A DNA stretch of 64,000 bases from Chlorokybus atmophyticus (Eukaryota > Plantae > Mesostigma and Chlorokybus algae), in assembly GCA_009103225.1 (NCBI GenBank), contig RHPI01002368.1, positions 587,397-651,396 on the forward strand. Reading direction: 5' to 3'. Under the pieces are notes generated by a model. The model saw nothing but the letters and a program-made list of their open reading frames with translations. It did no database searches and was not told where the DNA came from. Positions 35,458-46,300 of the stretch are shown in pieces (position 1 is the first letter of the stretch; each line of letters begins with the position of its first letter). Both the position numbers and the translations under genes were made by a program.

Positions 35458-38400
35458 CTAGCAAAGTACCTTTAACACTCCCACGCGAGCATCTTTAGCC
35501 TTCAACTCCGAGCTCCAGGCAACAAGTCTGGAACTTGGTGGTAGTGGCTTGGTCATGCAGTCCGCGAGCATGTCCTCCGTGCTGCAGTACCTGAACTCCA
35601 CCTCACCTCGTGCAACTCTCTCTCTCACCAGGTGGTGCATGATGTCGATGTGCTTCGACCTGGGAGATGTGATGGGGTGCATGCTCAACTTGAGCGCTCC
35701 TTAGTTGTCACACATGATAGTGACCCGGCTCAGTGCATGTCCCAAGTCAGTGACCAACTTGCGAAGCCATAGTGCTTCCTTCACCGCAGATGAAGCCGCC
35801 ATGTACTCGGCCTCAATGGTTGATGCATCAACAGTAGGCTGTAGCCGGCTGTTCCAGCTGACGATGCCTCCTCCATCAGGAAAGTGTATCCTGTGGTAGA
35901 CCTCCTTGTGTCGAGGTCCCCCGCATAGTCCGCATCACAATAACCCTGTAATGTAATGTCTGTTGTCCTCCCAACAGTGATACCCACGTCCACGGTGCTG
36001 CCAAGGTAGCGAAGAACTCCTTTTGCCGCCTTCCAGTGCTCCATGGTTGGTGCTGACATGTGTCTCGCCAAGATTCCCACGGCTTGTGCAATGTGAGGCC
36101 TCGTGCTGATGGACAAGTAGATGAGGCTCTCAACCAGCTCACCATATGAATATGTAGCCTTGTCAAGCACAGTGGTAGTGTCCTGTGCCTTGAGTAAATG
36201 TACTCCCACGCTCAGTGGTGTTGCCTTGCCCTTGGCGTCTTGCAACTAACTTCTTGAGTACATCCAGGACCATCTGCTTCTGGGTGATCTTGATTGTCCT
36301 TGCAACTCTGTCTCTGGTAATGACAATGCCGAGAAACAAGCGTGCATCGCCAAGATCTCGAATCTCAAAACCAGATTGCAGTGTCACCTAGATGTGTGAC
36401 ATCGCTGCAGTGTCGTTTGATGCCAAGATGATGTCGTCCACGTACACCAGCAACCACACTTGGCCGTCTTCACTGATGAAGAGCCCGGGATCTGATTATG
36501 ACTGCTGAACGCCCATCTTCTCTAGCTTCTTGCTGAGCCGAATGTGCCAGACTCTTGGCGCTTGCTTAAGCCCATAAAGAGCCTTGTGTAGCAAGCAAGC
36601 CTTCCCTGAGCCTCCCTCCTCGTAACCTTGAGGCTGCTGCACGTAGATCTGCTCATCCAACTCTCCATAGAAAAAAGCAGTGTTCACGTCCAGGTGGTGC
36701 AGCTCCAAGTCCTCTACAGCAACCTTTGCAAGCAGCGCCCTGAAGGTTGTGTGCTTACTGGCAGGCGCAAACACCTCCTTGTAATCAACGCCCTCCTCCT
36801 GTAGGAAGCCCTTTGCCACAAGTCGCGCCTTCTAGCGCTCAATGTTGCCCTTGCCGTCACGCTTGATCTTGTACACCCACTTGACAGATACAGGCTTGAC
36901 GCCTTGTGGAACTTGCTCAAGTACCCAAGTCTTGTTGGCGTGTAGCGAAGCAATCTCCTCATCCATGGCCTTGCGCCACAACTCAGCATCTGGAGCTGTA
37001 TTGGCCTCATGGTAGGTGCTTGGCTCCTTCTCCTCAATGGTTTTAGTGCTCATGGCTTGGAACCTTTAGTACAATTGTGGTGGCGCTCTGTTTCTCACAG
37101 GCTAGCGCCTCTCCTGCTCATCCACAGGTGCAATCTCGTCCTCCTCAAGGTGTGGCGCACCATTAGGAACCTCCACGTTGGCAGATGGTGTGGTGATGAC
37201 CTCTGGCTCCTCAGCAAGGTCATTGTTCACAGGCATAGAAGGCGTTGTTGGTGAAGTCGCCACCATCTTCTCGTCGAAGACAACATCCCTTCGAACCACA
37301 ATCTTCTTGCTGTCCTCAAGCAAGATCCTGTATGCCTTGGAGTTTGGCTCGTACCCGACAAAGACACACATCTCCCTCACGTTCTCAAGTTTCCTTCTCA
37401 GCTGCTTGGGGATGTGTGGATACCCCTTGGCTCCAAACACACGCATGTGCGTCACATCAGGCTTCGCACCGTAGAACAACTCCCACGGGGTCTCGGCTTT
37501 GTTGCTCGTAGGTGACCTGTTGCGGATGTAATTGGCCGTGACAAACGCCTCAGCCCACAAAGCTTTGTCCAGCTTTGTATCTGTAAGCATGGCACGCACG
37601 CGCTCCACAAGCGTGCGGTTGAGACGCTCTGCAGCACCGTTTTGCTCAGGGGTGTAGGGTGCAGTAGTCTCATGCTTGATGCCGTGCTCATCCAGGTAGC
37701 TCTTCAAGATGTGGTTGAGGTACTCAGAGCCTCGATCACTTCTCAACGCCAACACCTTTGCCTTTGCTTGTGTAGCCAGCTGAGTGAGTGTCCTCTTAAC
37801 GACAGCAGCAACATCCGACTTCGCAGCAACTGGAATGATAGAAGACAGCTTGCTGAAGTCATCTATGAGAGTGGCAACATACCAACTCCCTCCGGTGGAC
37901 GCAACTGGCATGGGACCGCACACATCCATATGCACGAGCTGCAAGGGTGCTGTACTTGTGCGAGAAGAGGTAGGAAAAGGCTGCCTAGGCATCTTGCTCA
38001 GCACGCACGTCTCGCATAGATCACCTTTTACTGCCTTGATGTCCTCCGCTTTAATGTTGATCCCTTCCACCATGTTCTCAGCCACCAGTCTTGCCAGGTT
38101 GTCCCATCCAAAGTTGAGCTGTGTCCGATGCAGTGACTGTCGCAGACAACGCATGCTGCCGATCCAGTGTGATGCAGTACAAGCTCTCTCGCAATGTGCC
38201 CTCCACAACAACAATGTTGTTCACCTTGACTTGACACTTCTGAGCAATGAGCAGTGTTGTTCACCTTGACTTGACACTTCTGAGCAGTGAAGTCAACTTT
38301 GGCGCCTGCGCTTGTAGCTCTTCGAACGGAGGCTGGAAGCTAATCCTGGCATGTGGATCACCTTCTTCAGGGCCACTTTGTGTGTAGCGCCCGCCACCAC

Positions 38401-39345
38401 AGTGTGTAGGATGACGGTGCCCACTCCCACAGCTTGCAAGTGCAGCTTGTTGCCAAAGCTCACTTTCACACCAGCAGCATCGCTCAGAGCATGATATTCC
38501 TGGAACTCATGTCTGTGTGGGGTCATATGCTGTGTACACGCAGAATCGAACAACCAAGCGCTTTCGATAGCAGTGGTGCTAGCAGCAAGTGCTACAGCTT
38601 GTCTATCAGAACCTTGTTTCTGTTGCTGATCGCGCTTCAACTTTCGACAGTCCTTCTTCAGGTGTCTCTTCTTGTCGTAGTAGTGGCAGGTACGCGTCTC
38701 CTTCCCACCACCGTTGTTGTTGTTGGGGCGAATATTGGATTGTGCCGCGAATGCCACAGCTTCAGCCTCGTCCTGGCGTGAAGTGGATGCTCGTTGCTCG
38801 ACTTGAGGTAGGCGTGGGGTGATGGCCTCGAGGGTGAGCTCCTCACTGGTTGACTCCATGATGGTGACAGTCATCTCAAACTCCTTGGGCAAGCCAGCAA
38901 GGATGACCCAGACCACCTCCACCTCCTTCACTTCATGTCCAATAGCAAGCAAGTCGTCCCACAGCTGCCTGGCTCGTGAGATGAACTTGATGACAGGTTC
39001 AACAACATCCTTCCTCAAAGCATTCAACTGCTTCCTCAACTGCAACTTCCTAGCATCGTTCTTAGCCTTGTAAACCTTAGCAAACCTCTGCCACAGCTCT
39101 CTAGCAGACTTGCAACGTGCAACAAGCGCTAAGTGATGCTGTACCACATTCAATCCTATCAACGCAAGTGCCTGATTGGACTTTTTCTTTATGGGTGCGT
39201 CCTCCAAGTCGAGAGGGCGCTCCGTGGGATCCACCACCGACCATAAATCCTTGTGCATGAGTAGCATCTGCATCCGAATGCTCCATGTCCCATAGTTGTC
39301 GAGGTCTAGTGGCTCGATGTTGACCTTGTCATAGCTGGTCGCCAT
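35458..39345 (-). pseudogene. copia gag-pol (gag/UBN2, zinc knuckle, PR, GAG-pre-integrase, IN, RT, RH) with a few stops and frameshifts
   Basis: [104 protein letters not shown]; domain order IN-RT-RH. Confidence 0.95.
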
Positions 39346-39423
39346 GCTTCCTTTGCTAGCCTGCAATGAAGACGGCGCCTCCCCAAGCTACACCAACTTG
39401 TACTTGCTATGCTAGCGCTATTG

Positions 39424-39436
39424 TGGGCCCATAACC
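39424..39436 (-). promoter_or_regulatory. copia primer-binding site GGTTATGGGCCCA (half-tRNA-iMet type)
   Basis: Immediately follows the 5' LTR; matches the internal tRNA-iMet PBS of Drosophila copia/Osser-type hemiviruses. Confidence 0.85.
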
Positions 39437-39746
39437 TATTGAGATTGCACAGTAGGAACAATGACAAGCACAAGTGTGGTGCTGACAATTGAGCAGAGTG
39501 GATCTTACTGTATTGCACAACATACAGTGTCTTATATAGTACACTAGTGAGTGCTAGTCAACACTAGTCAACGCTAGTCAAAGTCAACACTAGTCAACAC
39601 TAGTTAACGGTTAAAGTCAAAGTCAAAGGTCAAAGTCAACGTTGACCATAGTGGACTATACTCCCATAACGGCAGTTGAACGTAAATCCCAAGGTGAAGA
39701 TGATCGTAGAAGTTTAGCTAAGGCGCCTAGCAAAGTACCTTTAACA
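39437..39746 (-). repeat. copia 5' LTR (310 bp)
   Basis: TGTTAAAGG...CTCAATA; TATA-like TATATAAG; TAGTCAAC micro-repeats. Confidence 0.95.
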
Positions 39747-39938
39747 GTGTTCCCGGCAAAAAGGAATGGTTTGCTCAGAGACTTGCAGCGCGCAATTGGT
39801 CACAGGCGCCATGTGCCAGTGAAGTTGCTAGCCCGCGTTTGTGGCAAGCTACAATCTGTGTTCATGGTGTTGGGCCCTGCCGTCAAACTCATGACTTGGC
39901 ATACACGCCGCTTGTTGAGGTTTGGACACTACTGATCA

Positions 39939-40412
39939 TGTATGGAGTTGGTGCAAGCACAAGCACACACACTCTACCAGAGCATACACACAAGGCTGAT
40001 TTAAAGGCTTTCTAAGGATTACGACAAAGTCATACCGCGGGCTTTTATACCCGCCCGTTCTGCACCTGTCTACTCTAGAAGTCACCACGACTTCTACACT
40101 CAACTAATTCCTGCGCTCTAAGTTGCACCGCGTACATACTTTCAGCTTTCCAACAAGCTATGACACGCGCCATACGATAATGTAACCACCGAGCTACAAC
40201 GTTGCTTCTACAGCGCCTGCAAGTCTCTAGACTCCGGACTCAACTCCTCGCTTGGAACCTTCTCGACTGGCACCTTCTCACACCTGAATCTTCTTGAGGC
40301 TATTTTTGTCCACAGGGCGAGCTGACCGGATACAAGAATATCCTCAACACCGCTTGATTGAGACGCGCCGCTCCTGCGGTTCACATATGGTGCCGCGCAA
40401 GGCGAAAACCGA
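39939..40412. mobile_element. Probable solo LTR (~474 bp) inserted in the DIRS
   Basis: Flanked by a TGATCA duplication (39933-39938, 40413-40418); starts with TG; interrupts the DIRS coding sequence; TATA-like motif on the minus strand. The right end is GA, not CA. Confidence 0.45.
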
Positions 40413-41400
40413 TGATCACACGTGGCTGCGGGACCCTTTTAAGGAGCTCAATGTGGCGCCCATATGGCCTACAATACTGCCGAACATCGTGCAATTTGTG
40501 GACGCTAGCGGCACTGGTTGGGGACTCGCGCGCCATGGCACGGCTACCCTAGTAGCAAAACGCACATCCATATATGAGAAGTGCCTAACTTCATCAACAT
40601 GTCGTGAGCTTTTAGGCCTTGAGCGAGCACTGCTCACTGTAGAGGGCGGAGGAGCTGTATGGGCGGACTGTGCTGTGCTATGGCGATGCTCGCAATGTGT
40701 ACTACATCATGCGCAAAGGAGGCAGTGAGGACAAACACTTGCAGCAAGTGGCATATCGCATCTGTTGACATCACCACCAATATTGCATCCGCTTGCACAT
40801 GGAGTGGTTGCCACGCGAACTTCATGAGGAGGCGGATGCGCTCTCTCTAAGGCACTAGATTGGAATGGTTGGACTTTGAATACACCCTGGGTCCGCTTGC
40901 TCGCCCGCAAGTGGGGCCCCTTTTAGGTGGACCGCTTTGCCACGGATGCCAACACTGTGTGTATGACCTTTAACTCGGCATTGCCATTTCTAGGCTCGTC
41001 CAGCAATGTCTTTCATTGTGATTGGAGTGGTTGCAACAACTAATGCCACCCCCCTCCACACCGCGTTGGCACTGTCTTGCGACATGCTCGCGAATGCAGG
41101 GCTCGCATGTGCCTTACTGTACCTAAATGGACAACATAAACTTGGTGGCCCGTGTTTTGCTCGAGAGGAGCGTGGGCACCATTTGTTACGGATGTTGTGT
41201 GCCTGCCTTATGGCCCGGCCTGCTTGTGGCCTAGCCTTCAAGTCACGAAACTCCAAGCGGGCTTGCCAAAAGGTCGCATGTGGGCATTGCGAGTTGACTT
41301 GCGTCTTGGCCATTGACTCATGCTGTGTGCAGCTGCTGTTGAGCGTAGCCTACAGTCGCTGATGCCCGACGTCACCGGCGACTTTAACATTGAGCGCCTG

Positions 41401-41932
41401 TGTCACAGCCCACTCGAACACAAAAGACTTGGTTCTTTCATGGTCAACTTGTGGTAATTTAATGTACCTTCCCGTTACATGTCCCCCCACTTAAGAACGC
41501 TAACGTCCTCGACAGCTGGCTCCCATTAGCTGGGGAGTCATCCCAAGTGTTTGCTAGGGTCGATCGCCGGCCTCACGGGCCAAGGACCGGCTAGGTTAGG
41601 CCCATACCGGTTAACGCGCACACATCGCGCCGCTGCCAGCCCCGCAGGTCGCGTCGCCGCGATAGGCAGGTCGCGCCCTGCTGCGCCGACTAAACTAGTC
41701 AGTTCGGCGCGACTGCCATTAGGCAAGTCGCGACCCATCAATGATGGCACTAATGATGTGACCATTGGCGATGTTATTGGATTGAGAAACGACGACCGCG
41801 GAATTCGTGTGCAAGGCAGGAATTGGACCCGAGTCTCAAGTTCTAATGACCAATGTCATAGCCCACTCGACCACAAACGACTTGGTTCTTTTATGGTTGA
41901 TTTGTGGTAATATAATGTACCTTCCCGTCACA
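41401..41932 (-). mobile_element. TRIM-1: 532-bp non-autonomous LTR element, 79-bp LTRs
   Basis: LTRs 41401-41479 and 41854-41932 with TG..CA; TSD GCCTG/ACCTG; PBS-like TGGTCATTAGAAC; PPT AAGTGGGGGGACA; no ORF. Confidence 0.9.
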
Positions 41933-43345
41933 ACCTGCGCACCTTATACCCTGCAGTAGCCGCGGCATCACGTACTATTAGCACCTTGTGGGGCCATGAT
42001 GGCTACTGGCGTAGCTTTGTGGAGTTTTGCACGCCTCGTGTTGGGCTGCCTTGCCGGACCTTGGCAGGGTGGCCCTGTTTCTTACCAAGGTGTTGGTGGA
42101 TTCCACCACCTCGGCATCTATGGAACATGCATCTTTCGCCATACACGCTGCGCATACCATGACCGGTCAGGCCTCTCCCACTGCGCATGCCCTCGTTGCG
42201 GTGGTGCGTGAGGCTGTTGCCGGACTGCTACTATTAAAAACGGAAGAAGGACGCCTACACGCCTGAGCTTTTGCGAGCCATTGCCTCGCACTTTGCTCGC
42301 AATGGGTGGGACTTGGTGGCCAGATTGCAAACAGTGGTCGTGCTGTTGAGGTTTGCGGGTATAATGCGGTATTCTGACCGGGTAGGAGTCGACGCGCAGG
42401 ACATTATCTTAAGACCGGATTGCATGGATCTCGTCATCACGCGCAGTAAAACCGACCAACATGGTGTGGGTGCGACAGTGCACATAGCTGCTGTCGGGGG
42501 TGATTTGTGCCCTGTGATGCACACCAAAAGTTGTTGTTTGGTTTGGGCTACCAGCAAGCCGAGCCCGACAAGTTGTTATGCTCTATCAAGCGGGTGGGGG
42601 GAACGTGCATCATACGCGACACCGTTGTACCGTATGGCACCAATCTCGTTTGGCAAAAGGCAGTCGTCGAGGCGATGGGGGAGGACCCCACACGTTTTGG
42701 CACACACTCTGCCCGTTCGGATGCTGCAACCCAAGCGGTGCAGGCTTGTGTGCCCCAACACGTGTGGCAGAAGTGTGGACGTTAGAAGTCTTAATATACA
42801 TAATGCGGCTGAGGGCTATATGCGTGCGGTGTTGCCTGAGTTGCACACATATACGAGAAGCCTCGGCTTAAGTGGTACGCGTTCATACTGTTTTTATCCA
42901 TATATGGACCCATAGCGACCCCCCCCCCCCCCNGCGTGTAGCAAGATCCGGGGGGACACTTTTGGTGCAACATTGTGCTAACTTTTAATGTAATCAACTG
43001 CAATTTGTCATTTTTAAGATATACTATATCAGTTGACACTATGTGCAAGCTACTTGCAGTTGAGGCGGAGTTTGCGTTTATGCACGATATGATACGCTAT
43101 TGACAACTTAAGCAACAAAATTGAGCGTGTTATTTCTCAACTAGTTTAAGGCAAACTTAGAGCATCTTGAACTTGCTAAGCTATGGCAATGTGCTTGTCA
43201 TGCATGAGAAGCACGCCCCAACACCAAGATCGTTTTACATGGGAATAAGTTTTATACACACAAAAGCAACCGATACAGCATACACAACGTCACAAACAAG
43301 CCAATTATATGTCCAACTATACAAGAATATCTATGGGAGCAACAG

Positions 43346-46300
43346 TTATGCGACATACTGACAGCAGCAAGGTAATAGAACTCTATTATCATGAGCCTCT
43401 AAAACGGCGAGGCATTGCCGGAGACTTGGCTTGCACTTGGGATGGAGAGTTGGCTTGCAGACCAAACCACATTCAAGGCTCGGCACCTGAGACTCCTGCT
43501 GTGAAACCTGAGGCCAGCACTGCTTGCAGCCTTCAACATCTCGACAGACACTGCAGCCTCGGATGTTGCGTGATTGGGTTATCTTGCCTTGGTTTGCCAT
43601 TGCCTGCTTCCACTCGTCAGACACATCGGGGTGGTGGTCGGTGCATAGGGTCTGCTGAACCTCTTCTTTTCTTGTGGAGTGTATAATGCACAAGTCGTGC
43701 AACTGCTTGGCACACCCTGCTGCGCCGCACTTGGTGGGGTACATGCTGTCGAAGTCAATAGTGATATCACAATCAGCGACAGGACAGCCTTTCTCAAATT
43801 GTGAGCGGCTCCTTGAGCCACATCTGACTCGTTCTTTTTCTCATTTTTTTTTTTCATCAAGGACATTAGCCTCCTTGGGGCTGTTGGCTGTCAGGTTTAC
43901 AACGTTGCTGCTGCTGCTAATGGGCTTCGCTTCATTGGGCGAGGGCTCGCCTTCATCGCCGCTTAAATAGTTGAGGTCCAAGAAGTTATCCATCAAATCC
44001 GCCAACCAATGCCGCAAAGCCTCTTTAGCTTGCTTGGCCTTTGCAGCAGCATCATCGTCCTGCTCTGCATCTGAACTCTCCTGCTTGTTGCTGTTGCCTT
44101 CGTCCTTGTGCTCATCAGCAGGAGGCTCTACTGTTAGCATGAGCATGTCTTGCACACTGCTCAGTCCAGTCAGCTTGTAAATTGGCTAAGGTATGAGCCT
44201 TAGCGATACTGCTACCAGTATGAGCTGATCAGTCATGAGTCTGTAGCAGATATCGAGTCCACTACGCGGAGTATGACCAAGCAGGAGACTCCGGACTTGC
44301 TCATGAGGCTGGCGCAGCCTGACGCAGCCAACGCCTTGGGAGAATGGCGAGAACTCCGCGTAAACTTAGCCTTAAAAGGCGTGGCTTAGCTTGTTGGAAA
44401 GTTTTGGTTGTAAGCTAGACAACCAAGCTTACATATTGGCAATCTGCTGAGTATAGCTCACGCGGTGCTTGCTAAAGTAGACATGTGTAGTTTAGCTGGT
44501 ATAAAGGCCAACAGAATTAACAAGTTGTTGGTTCGGGTGAAACCCTTTTGCAAGCCTTGTGTGCACGCCTTGTGTGTATGTTCTGGTGCATGTGTATGCT
44601 GTAGTTGGCCAGCGCTAGCTCAGTGTTCAACATCTACAGCAGCTTCATCATCCAAGTCCATAAATGCAGCGTCAGCTGGGGGATTTGCATTCTGCAGCTC
44701 GTCGTGCAGCTCCTGCCACTTCTGATTGTCTGCCATTTCTTCCAGCGCCTCTGCGTAGCCATTCAATGCAAACAGACATGCGGATTATAATACCTCCCGT
44801 AATTGATCCTCGACAATGCTCACACATATTTCAACACAAGGCGCTTATTTGTCACAGCATTGGCCACTGATTTAGACACCCACTGCTTTCCTTTTTTTCA
44901 CTTAACGTCACCCCCAGCTTCTTGCGCAGCATTGTAGTTGGTCAGCCACTGACCCAGCATTGCAAGGTGCCGAGCGGAGTTGTGGTTGAACCCTGTGAAC
45001 ATTTCACGCACAATCTCCCAGGCAATGGCCGCGTCTTAACTTGCGAAAGCGGCACAGACGTCGCTGCGGGTTCTCCTGTAAGTGCCCTGTACTCGCTATC
45101 CAGTCCGTAGTTGTGCTTCTCCTACGCAAGCAAAGTGATCAGCCAGGGAGCTGAGATATGAGAGGTTCATGAACTCAAAGTGCACACTTTCCTTACCAGC
45201 TCCTCGTAGGCTTTGCTAAACTTTCCGCAGTACACACTTACAGCGTGGATGCAGGTGGGATCAGGGTCTGCAAGGAATACGCTGTACCCTCGCTTTGAGG
45301 CATGTGTTGCAAAGCACGTAGCACCAACACCAAGGTCCAAGAATAACATCTCCCTGGTGTCCTTGCAATAAGGCAAAAAGTCAAGAGCAAGCCTTCGGGA
45401 GAATCGCTGAGCTTAGTTGACCATTTTACTTCCGAACTTCGCCATCTGAGCGGTCCAACTCCGCATTATATCACTGAGCAAAGCATTTATGCGGTCAGCT
45501 ACTGCCTTGGCATCAAGCAGAATCTCTAGCGGAATCCGACCCTCATTAACCTTGATCAGCTCCATCCTGACATCAACCCAGCTCTTGAGATCTGAATGAG
45601 AGGCAAGGTGTTCTCTCAGTTGCGGAATTGTAGGTTGATTGTCGTGATAGCTGAGAAGGCTGAGCTTGCGTGGCAAAGCGTAAATATGCCGGCTACCAAC
45701 ACCGCTCATTCGGGTCCACGCGCTCTAATAAAAGCACTCAAGGTTTGCGTGGTGCAAACCAACATCATTATTTTCGTCCTTAAAGCAGGCAACTACCACA
45801 TGATTGCTGCTGGCCCGAGATGCAAAGTACGTGGGAAAAGCCAATTGCTCTGCGGAAGACAACACAGTAGCCTTAGTTGCTACATCAGAGTAATGGACCT
45901 TGCATATCCTGGAACACAACGACTTACTGCTGCTGGCGCGGTGGTAAGTGGTTGTCTCCACAGCAAAGGCATCCTGTCCGAGAACCTGCACCACGCTGCT
46001 AAGATGGTCGTCGTCCACGAAGACCACCATAATTCAAAAAAGCAACGGCTTGTTGTTGCCAACCACAATATCCTTCAAGTCTATAAAGCACTCGTCGGTA
46101 AAGCACTCGTCGGTGATGCCAAAGTCCTAAAGGCTGCTGCGATGCTTGACAAACTCAATATCCACAAACACAGTGTAGAATGACGGCAGGGGTTCCTCCG
46201 ACTTGGACAAGCCGTCCAGTAGCTGCTGAGCAGTGTCCATTCAAAGGACGACACGTTGCCTCACCACTGGCAGACGCTTTCTCTTCCAATTCCACATCTT

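Larger units (their letters stand above)
25043..39746 (-). mobile_element. Ty1/copia LTR retrotransposon (about 4.6 kb of own sequence) whose 3' LTR is split by the DNMT-gypsy
   Basis: Perfect TSD GTGTT (25038-25042 and 39747-39751). 5' LTR 39437-39746; 3' LTR 35450-35477 plus 25043-25329; about 9 differences over ~290 aligned bp. PBS GGTTATGGGCCCA; PPT GCTCGCGTGGGAG. Confidence 0.95.
39747..42915 (+). mobile_element. Degenerate DIRS/PAT-like tyrosine-recombinase retrotransposon (RT C-term, RNase H, Dam-like N6-MTase, YR)
   Basis: LLARVCGKLQS; FVDASGTGWG, SSTCRELLGL; VDRFATDANT..FNS..DWSG..PP; YR motifs FAGIMRYSD, ITRSKTDQHG, DLCPV, FGTHSARS, AEGY. About 20 bp of the same element remains at 25021-25042, left of the copia. 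Confidence 0.9.

Noticed and set aside
40296-40316. GAGGCTATTT..CCACAGG shared between the solo LTR and the DNMT-gypsy 5' region (35217-35233), as evidence of homology
   Set aside because: A short gapped match with different spacing to the TATA box and terminus; insufficient without a real alignment.
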